This document shows, piece by piece, positions 35,161 through 40,225 of a DNA stretch of 40,225 bases (its first letter is position 1; each line of letters opens with the position of its first letter). Position numbers and translations under genes: made by a program. This DNA is from a virus, in the UHGV virus genome UHGV-0210683; one strand, given 5' to 3'. Under the pieces are notes generated by a model, which was not told where the DNA came from, searched no databases, and saw only the letters and a program-made list of their open reading frames with translations.

Positions 35161-35913
35161 TTATGCAAAGTCAATCATTCTAATGGGGAGGGATTTTATA
35201 ACTTTTCCGATTATGCGCAGATCATGGGTTTCATTTTCTTCAATGTAAAACGTTTCGTAAGCTTCATTATCAGATTTCACTGCGAGCCTGCGACCTTTTA
35301 CGCGCTGTAATCTTTTAATAAATAATGAATTTTCAAAGGTAAAAACATAAATACCATCACTGTCAAAAAAAGAGTTATGGGTGTCAACAAATACAACATC
35401 TTTTGGGTTGATAGCTGGCGACATGCTATCCCCACTGATGTTGATCATCTCTATACCTTTCAAGTTTCTTCTCCCAAAGAGTTCAAAAACTTTTTCTGGT
35501 GAAAACTCTATTGATTTTATCGTGTCAGGGAAATCAGCATTAATAAAGCCGCCGGGACCAGCTTTAGCATATACATCCATAAGCCTTAATGTATTGATCT
35601 CATTGCTTGTGATGGCATTTGTCTGATGGGCTGAATTAGTGTCGGATGTAGTTCTTATGTGTTCAAGCAAAGGACCTATTTCCGGATTTATTTCCTCAGG
35701 TTGAACCTGAAGCAAAGCAGAAAATTTCAATACGGTATCCGTGTTTAGTGCTGTTCTTGCATTTAAATACTGGCTGACCGCCGCTTGTGTATTAAACCCA
35801 AGAGCATCCGCAGCTTTTTCCTGAGTTAAGCCGAGGGATTCACGCTTTGCTTCCCAGATTGCTCGCAATCTTTGCGCTGCGCTTTTGTCTGTATCGGATA
35901 TTTTTCTGTTCAT
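35161..35913 (-). CDS. cI: CI-like repressor (HTH plus S24 autopeptidase)
   Basis: LTQEKAADALGFNTQAAVSQYLN HTH, AG cleavage site, GDSM.P serine and IKRL lysine. Confidence 0.93.
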   Translation of the reverse strand: MNRKISDTDKSAAQRLRAIWEAKRESLGLTQEKAADALGFNTQAAVSQYLNARTALNTDTVLKFSALLQVQPEEINPEIGPLLEHIRTTSDTNSAHQTNAITSNEINTLRLMDVYAKAGPGGFINADFPDTIKSIEFSPEKVFELFGRRNLKGIEMINISGDSMSPAINPKDVVFVDTHNSFFDSDGIYVFTFENSLFIKRLQRVKGRRLAVKSDNEAYETFYIEENETHDLRIIGKVIKSLPIRMIDFA

Positions 35914-35990
35914 ACCATGCAGTTTATTTGTGTTGCTAATACTTTTCCAATAGCATTGCTATTGATCGTTTAAATTAGCGGTGCTAATAT
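35914..35990. promoter_or_regulatory. OR region: pR, pRM and operators OR1-3
   Basis: pR TTGATC-17-TAATAT (35962-35990). pRM -10 TAAACT lies 7 nt before the cI ATG. Operators at 35974-35988, 35949-35963 and a degenerate one at 35926-35940 (consensus AWTAGCNNTGCTAWT). Confidence 0.8.
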
Positions 35991-36018
35991 CAGGTAACCA
36001 AACTCACAGGAGGTTCTT

Positions 36019-36267
36019 ATGAAATTAGGTGATTACCTGAAAAAACACGGAATCAGTCAATCTGAGTTCGCAAAAATTGTCGGCGTCACGCAGGGCTATG
36101 TCAGCCAGGTGGTCGCGGGTAATTATTTTTTAAAAGGCAAAAAAGCCATTGATTGGGCTTCAAAAACCCAATGGTTTGTGACTCCACATGATCTGAATCC
36201 GGATGATTATCCAAATCCTCATGATGGAATTCCTACTGCTGAATCAGTATTACAGCAAGCCAGTTAA
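36019..36267 (+). CDS. cro: Cro-like (YdaS-family) regulator
   Basis: SQSEFAKIVGVTQGYVSQ HTH, VTPHDLNPDDYPNP.DG.P tail; divergent from cI. Confidence 0.85.
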   Translation: MKLGDYLKKHGISQSEFAKIVGVTQGYVSQVVAGNYFLKGKKAIDWASKTQWFVTPHDLNPDDYPNPHDGIPTAESVLQQAS

Positions 36268-36271
36268 AAAA

Positions 36272-36289
36272 CTGATTATTCATAATCAA
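36272..36289. promoter_or_regulatory. YdaT/CII-type binding site (pRE-like region)
   Basis: CTGATT-N6-AATCAA, one mismatch to the TTGATT-N6-AATCAA inverted repeat described for YdaT; lies between cro and ydaT. Confidence 0.6.
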
Positions 36290-36310
36290 TTTCGCGACAG
36301 GAGACGCAAG

Positions 36311-36763
36311 ATGATGAATAACAATAAAATAATTAAGGATGAGATTGAATTATGGGCGGCGGAAAAAGGACAGGAGCATGTCGCAATCGAAATTAGCAGG
36401 GCGCATTTTTTAATACTGTGTGGTGATCAACCGTCACGCCTGTACCCGATAGAAGACGGGGCCGGTAACGCAGACTGGAAAGCAATTAATAACAACAGGC
36501 AGCAAATTTTCCGTTGGTTGCGCGGTAATTCTCCGGCAGCAGACAGAAAATTCAGTGAGCTGATCCCGGCAATCAAAATTGCATTACCTGCTGACCGGTT
36601 GGCGCGGGTTAACGGGGATGAGTCGGTTAATTATCTGGCTTCCCTGGCAATCAAAGAATTTGCTGCAGCAATCAGCGAAACACTTTTAGGCAGTCGTGAC
36701 ATGTCACAGTGCATATCAAAAGCAGTAACCGCATTAAATGCGATGCGCATGACCAGCGCATGA
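36311..36763 (+). CDS. YdaT-family CII-like regulator
   Basis: WAAE.GQE.VA.EI, NNRQQIFRWL, L.PAI..ALP motifs; AGGAG RBS. Confidence 0.8.
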   Translation: MMNNNKIIKDEIELWAAEKGQEHVAIEISRAHFLILCGDQPSRLYPIEDGAGNADWKAINNNRQQIFRWLRGNSPAADRKFSELIPAIKIALPADRLARVNGDESVNYLASLAIKEFAAAISETLLGSRDMSQCISKAVTALNAMRMTSA

Positions 36764-36780
36764 GAAAGAGGCAAAGACCA

Positions 36781-37005
36781 ATGCTGAATACAACCGAAAA
36801 AATCACCTACCGCAACGGATTTATGCATAACGGCGACCCGACGGACATTGAAACAATACGGCCAATTTTTGAGGGACGACGTGCTGCGGCTCTCAGTGTC
36901 TGGGAACAGTACGAGCAGATGAAAGCAAAATTACTGCAGCGCAATCTGACCCCTGAACAGTATCAGAACGCATGCCGCGATATTGCCAGAGCACTGGGGG
37001 TGTGA
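36781..37005 (+). CDS. Hypothetical protein
   Basis: GAGGCAAAGACCA-ATG start; LTPEQYQ.ACR.IA.ALGV. Confidence 0.7.
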   Translation: MLNTTEKITYRNGFMHNGDPTDIETIRPIFEGRRAAALSVWEQYEQMKAKLLQRNLTPEQYQNACRDIARALGV

Positions 37006-37006
37006 C

Positions 37007-37858
37007 GTGAGTAATAAAATTCAGGGCTACGTATGGGATGCCTGTGCCGTTTCCGGTGTGAAAGGCACAAAACTGATGATTATGGTTCGCCTGGCTGATT
37101 TCTCCAGTGATGAAGGGATCAGCTATCCGAGCGTAGAAACACTGTCCCGACAGATTGGGGCAGGCGTCAGCACTATCCGCGATGCATGCAGTGAGCTTGA
37201 AAAGGATGGCTGGCTGACAAAAAAACAGCGCCGGAACGGTAACCGTAACGCATCGAATTTATATTTTCTCAATGTCGATAAGCTGGAAACTATCGCGTTG
37301 CAGGAAATCGCAAAGCTGAAAAAACAGCGTGAAAATAATGCAATTTCTCACCCTCCAGTTTCTGACGGTTCAGAATCCGACCGGTCAGAAAACAGTAATT
37401 CCGGGCGTTTTGACCCTCCAGATTCTGGCGTTAAAGGGGGTTTTCACCCTCCAGAATCTGGAGGCGATCCATCAGTAAATTCAAAACATGATCCATCAGT
37501 AAATTCAAAAGAGGATCCGAAGCCTGCGACGCAGAAAAAATCCACGGTGAAATTTGACCCGTTGTCAGTCCGTCCGGAAAACGTCAGCGAACCTGTCTGG
37601 CAGGATTGGGTGAAATTCCGGAAGGAGATTAAAAAACCACTGACGGAAACCAGCTGCCGGCAGATTGGCAAAAAGCTGGCCGGGCATCCGGATCCTGATT
37701 CTGTGCTGTGTGACTCGATTGCCAACGGCTGGCAGGGAATATTCCCGGAACGCACCACAGGTCGGAAACCTGCTAAGCCGAGCACACACTCCGGATTCAG
37801 CGATAAAAACTACGAGAGCCGCTCTGCGGCATGGGTGAACGGGGGTAAGCATGTCTGA
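37007..37858 (+). CDS. Phage replication initiator (wHTH; O-like)
   Basis: LAD.S.DEG.SYPS.ETL, SNLY.L, internal iterons, C-terminal W.DW..FRK...SIANGWQG.F. Confidence 0.85.
   Translation: MSNKIQGYVWDACAVSGVKGTKLMIMVRLADFSSDEGISYPSVETLSRQIGAGVSTIRDACSELEKDGWLTKKQRRNGNRNASNLYFLNVDKLETIALQEIAKLKKQRENNAISHPPVSDGSESDRSENSNSGRFDPPDSGVKGGFHPPESGGDPSVNSKHDPSVNSKEDPKPATQKKSTVKFDPLSVRPENVSEPVWQDWVKFRKEIKKPLTETSCRQIGKKLAGHPDPDSVLCDSIANGWQGIFPERTTGRKPAKPSTHSGFSDKNYESRSAAWVNGGKHV
37350..37510. repeat. Replication origin iterons
   Basis: ACCCTCCAG(W)(W)TCTG at 37350, 37413 and 37446; 21-bp GATCCATCAGTAAATTCAAAA at 37466 and 37490. Confidence 0.8.
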
Positions 37859-38423
37859 CGAACTGAACGTGAATATCCCGCCTCGCTTTGTTGCAGCGAC
37901 ATTTGAGACGTATCACCCGGCGAATCAGGATGCGGAAAGCAATCTGAAAATCTGCCGCGAGTATGCCGACACATGGCTGTCCCGTAAAACCGCCGGAGAG
38001 GCACTTATTTTGTGCGGAACACCAGGAACCGGGAAAACACACCTCGCAGTGTCAATCGCCCGTCAGGTTGCAACTGAGGCGAAGGAATCGGTATTTATCA
38101 CCACAGCGGCGCGTATTATCCGGGCTTTTCGCCGTACATGGGCTGGCGATGCGGAATACAGCGAGCTCGACGTACTGGAAAAATACTGCGAGCCAGGTCT
38201 GCTGATTATCGACGAAATCGGGGTGCAGTACGGAACTGACTCAGAGCGCAATATTCTGTTTGAAGTGATTAACGACCGTTATGAGGACATGCTGCCGACC
38301 ATCATGATCAGCAACCTGCCGCTGAACGAACTGGCACCGCTGTTGGGTGAACGAGTTATTGACCGCATGCTGGAAGGTGGCGCAGTGCTGTCGTTCAACT
38401 GGCCAAGCTACCGGAGTAATTGA
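37851..38423 (+). CDS. DnaC/IstB-like helicase loader ATPase
   Basis: GTPGTGKTHLA, LLIIDEIG, ISNL, RVIDRM. Confidence 0.9.
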   Translation: MSDELNVNIPPRFVAATFETYHPANQDAESNLKICREYADTWLSRKTAGEALILCGTPGTGKTHLAVSIARQVATEAKESVFITTAARIIRAFRRTWAGDAEYSELDVLEKYCEPGLLIIDEIGVQYGTDSERNILFEVINDRYEDMLPTIMISNLPLNELAPLLGERVIDRMLEGGAVLSFNWPSYRSN

Positions 38424-38425
38424 TT

Positions 38426-39796
38426 ATGTTCAGTGAGCAGGAATTAGAAGCCGCTGTCATTGGTGGTTTACTGGCCGGTGGTGCCACTCAGGATGCCTAT
38501 GACGTTCTGGCAACACTGCCTGATGATGCTTTCAGTGTCGGGTACTTTTCCAGGGTGTACCGGGAAATAAAAAAACAGGCACTGACGAGTGCAATTATCG
38601 ATCCGGTATTTATCGCGGACGCACTCGGGGGAAATGGTGATTTTGCTCATATCATGGAGCTCACCAGAAAAACCATCTCATACGCAAATCTGAAAGGGTA
38701 TGCCGAAAAAGTCAGGAACTATGCGGCTGTTCGTAAAATTACAGCGCTGATAAATAAATTTCAGAAAGAAATTACTGATGCTGCCACTCATGACCAGGCC
38801 GAAAGCGTAATTCAGAAGTTCAGCAGCGAGTTCACCCTGATCACCAGCGAGAAAGAAAGCCTGGTACCGGTTCACCTCAACGAACTGATTGACGGCTATG
38901 TTGATGTGCTGGAGAAGCGGAACCGTGGCGAGGGCAGCGGCATGATGATCCGGACCGGTATCGAAGCACTGGACGATAAAATCGGTGGTTTTAACCCTAC
39001 GGACCTGATTTTTATCGGCGGCCGGCCGGGCATGGGTAAAACTGAACTGGCACTCACGATGATGGAAAAAATGACAACCGCCGGTGACTCTGTGCTGATG
39101 TTCTCCATGGAAATGGCGAACATGCAGATCGCCGAGCGTATGATTGCCGTGGCTGCGCAGCTGCCGGTTTCCAAAATGCGCAACTGTGATTTGGACGACG
39201 AGGGCTGGGGGCGGATCAGTTCAGCAATCGCACATCTGATTGACCGGGACATTCACATTATAGATGCCAGCAATCTGACCATTGATCAGATATGCGCCAT
39301 CAGTGAGCGACATAAACGCAAATATCCGGCCACAAAAGGCATTTTCATCGACTATCTCGGGCTGATTAAAAAGCCTAAGGCGGAGCGTAACGACCTGGCT
39401 ATTGCTGCGATATCGGCCGGTATGAAAGGCTTGGCTAAAAGTATTCACACACCGGTTGTGGCTCTGAGTCAGTTATCCCGTGACGTGGATAAACGACCGC
39501 TGAACCAGCGCCGTCCGGTCGCTGCAGATCTGCGTGACTCCGGTAGTCTGGAACAGGATGCAGATTTTATTTTCCTCACCTACCGGGACGTGGTTTATAA
39601 CCCGAACAGCCCGGCAAAAAACTATGCGGAGATCATCATCGAGAAAAACCGGCACGGAAAAACCGGAACTGTGTATCAGGAATTTAAAAACGGCCACTAT
39701 CTGCCAACCGACCAGATTTCAGCAGCAGAAGTAAGTCGTATGCAGCAACAGGCGGAGGTACCTAAAAGACGCCGCTACGCCGATAAAGCATTTTAA
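38426..39796 (+). CDS. DnaB-like replicative helicase
   Basis: GRPGMGKT, FSMEM, IDYLGL, LSQLSR, DLRDSGSLEQDAD, KNRHG. Confidence 0.95.
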   Translation: MFSEQELEAAVIGGLLAGGATQDAYDVLATLPDDAFSVGYFSRVYREIKKQALTSAIIDPVFIADALGGNGDFAHIMELTRKTISYANLKGYAEKVRNYAAVRKITALINKFQKEITDAATHDQAESVIQKFSSEFTLITSEKESLVPVHLNELIDGYVDVLEKRNRGEGSGMMIRTGIEALDDKIGGFNPTDLIFIGGRPGMGKTELALTMMEKMTTAGDSVLMFSMEMANMQIAERMIAVAAQLPVSKMRNCDLDDEGWGRISSAIAHLIDRDIHIIDASNLTIDQICAISERHKRKYPATKGIFIDYLGLIKKPKAERNDLAIAAISAGMKGLAKSIHTPVVALSQLSRDVDKRPLNQRRPVAADLRDSGSLEQDADFIFLTYRDVVYNPNSPAKNYAEIIIEKNRHGKTGTVYQEFKNGHYLPTDQISAAEVSRMQQQAEVPKRRRYADKAF

Positions 39797-39816
39797 GACC
39801 AACAGAGGCAAAGACC

Positions 39817-39993
39817 ATGATAATCAAAGACCCTGTTACGTGCGAATCTCTCGTGCGTGATAACTATCCCCGCATGCCGGATGATGGCTGTGACCATACC
39901 AACCGTCACTTAGACCGGCTGCATGCCGCGCGCCGTGCCCGGAAAAAAATCCCGTATCAGTCTGCCCCTGAACCAAAGAAACAGGGGGTGTGA
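39817..39993 (+). CDS. Small hypothetical protein (58 aa), not in the ORF track
   Basis: GAGGCAAAGACC-ATG start; MIIKDPVTCESLVRDNYPRMPDDG... Confidence 0.6.
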   Translation: MIIKDPVTCESLVRDNYPRMPDDGCDHTNRHLDRLHAARRARKKIPYQSAPEPKKQGV

Positions 39994-39995
39994 GC

Positions 39996-40225
39996 ATGTC
40001 CGGACAATCAAATTATTTACCTGCAGGTCTGCCTCACAATCGCGCACTGTGGCCTGCTGAGTATCAGGAAAAAGAGCAGCTTGATTTGGCTGCCAGCCGC
40101 CTGATTAAACAGCTCAGAATGCAGAAAATACACAGAACGACTGTACTGGTGGCTATCGAAAAAACACCGGCGGATCAGCAAATGTTTTTCCGGGAGCGCC
40201 TGAACTACTGGCAGGGGGTAATTAA
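39996..40225 (+). CDS. Hypothetical protein (77 aa if circular; stop at positions 2-4)
   Basis: Open to the window end; ...ATT AA|G TGA when joined to position 1, giving a GTGA overlap with the first gene. Confidence 0.65.
   Translation, partial: MSGQSNYLPAGLPHNRALWPAEYQEKEQLDLAASRLIKQLRMQKIHRTTVLVAIEKTPADQQMFFRERLNYWQGVI

Larger units (their letters stand above)
1..40225. mobile_element. Temperate phage genome (lambdoid regulation plus contractile tail), apparently complete and in circular/attP form
   Basis: All modules present (int/xis, cI/cro, replication, Q, lysis, head, contractile tail). The att site is internal (29860-29915). The last ORF (39996-) is closed only by wrapping to positions 1-4. 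Confidence 0.93.

Overview
The window appears to be a complete, excised (circular, attP-form) temperate phage genome of about 40.2 kb from an enterobacterial-type host, opened just upstream of a methyltransferase gene. It joins a lambdoid control and replication arm to a contractile-tail (myovirus) morphogenesis arm. The control arm has a cI/cro/YdaT(cII-like) switch, a Rep-DnaC-DnaB module, a pL recombination operon, int/xis and an attP in the 3' half of tRNA-Leu(UAA). Q, a holin/SAR-endolysin/spanin lysis cassette, several DNA-modification genes and two AT-rich morons are also present. No N-type antiterminator gene is visible. The most unusual signals are RNA-level. (1) A conserved GAGGCA(A)AGACCAATG element sits at the start of eight non-structural genes, the same GACCAA core sits in two hairpin loops of the pL leader, and an unannotated 55-aa CsrA-like ORF carries the element itself, suggesting a phage-encoded Csr-like translational regulon with a new specificity. 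(2) The 5' end of the pL transcript is perfectly complementary over 19 nt to an RBS-occluding leader of the DUF1367-Ref-Q operon about 10 kb away on the circle, suggesting a trans-activating sRNA that links derepression to late-gene expression. (3) Nine TGCGCA hexamers lie inside terS (pac-like) in a phage that encodes a multi-TRD C5-MTase/Dam fusion. All family assignments come from motif recognition by eye, not database searches.
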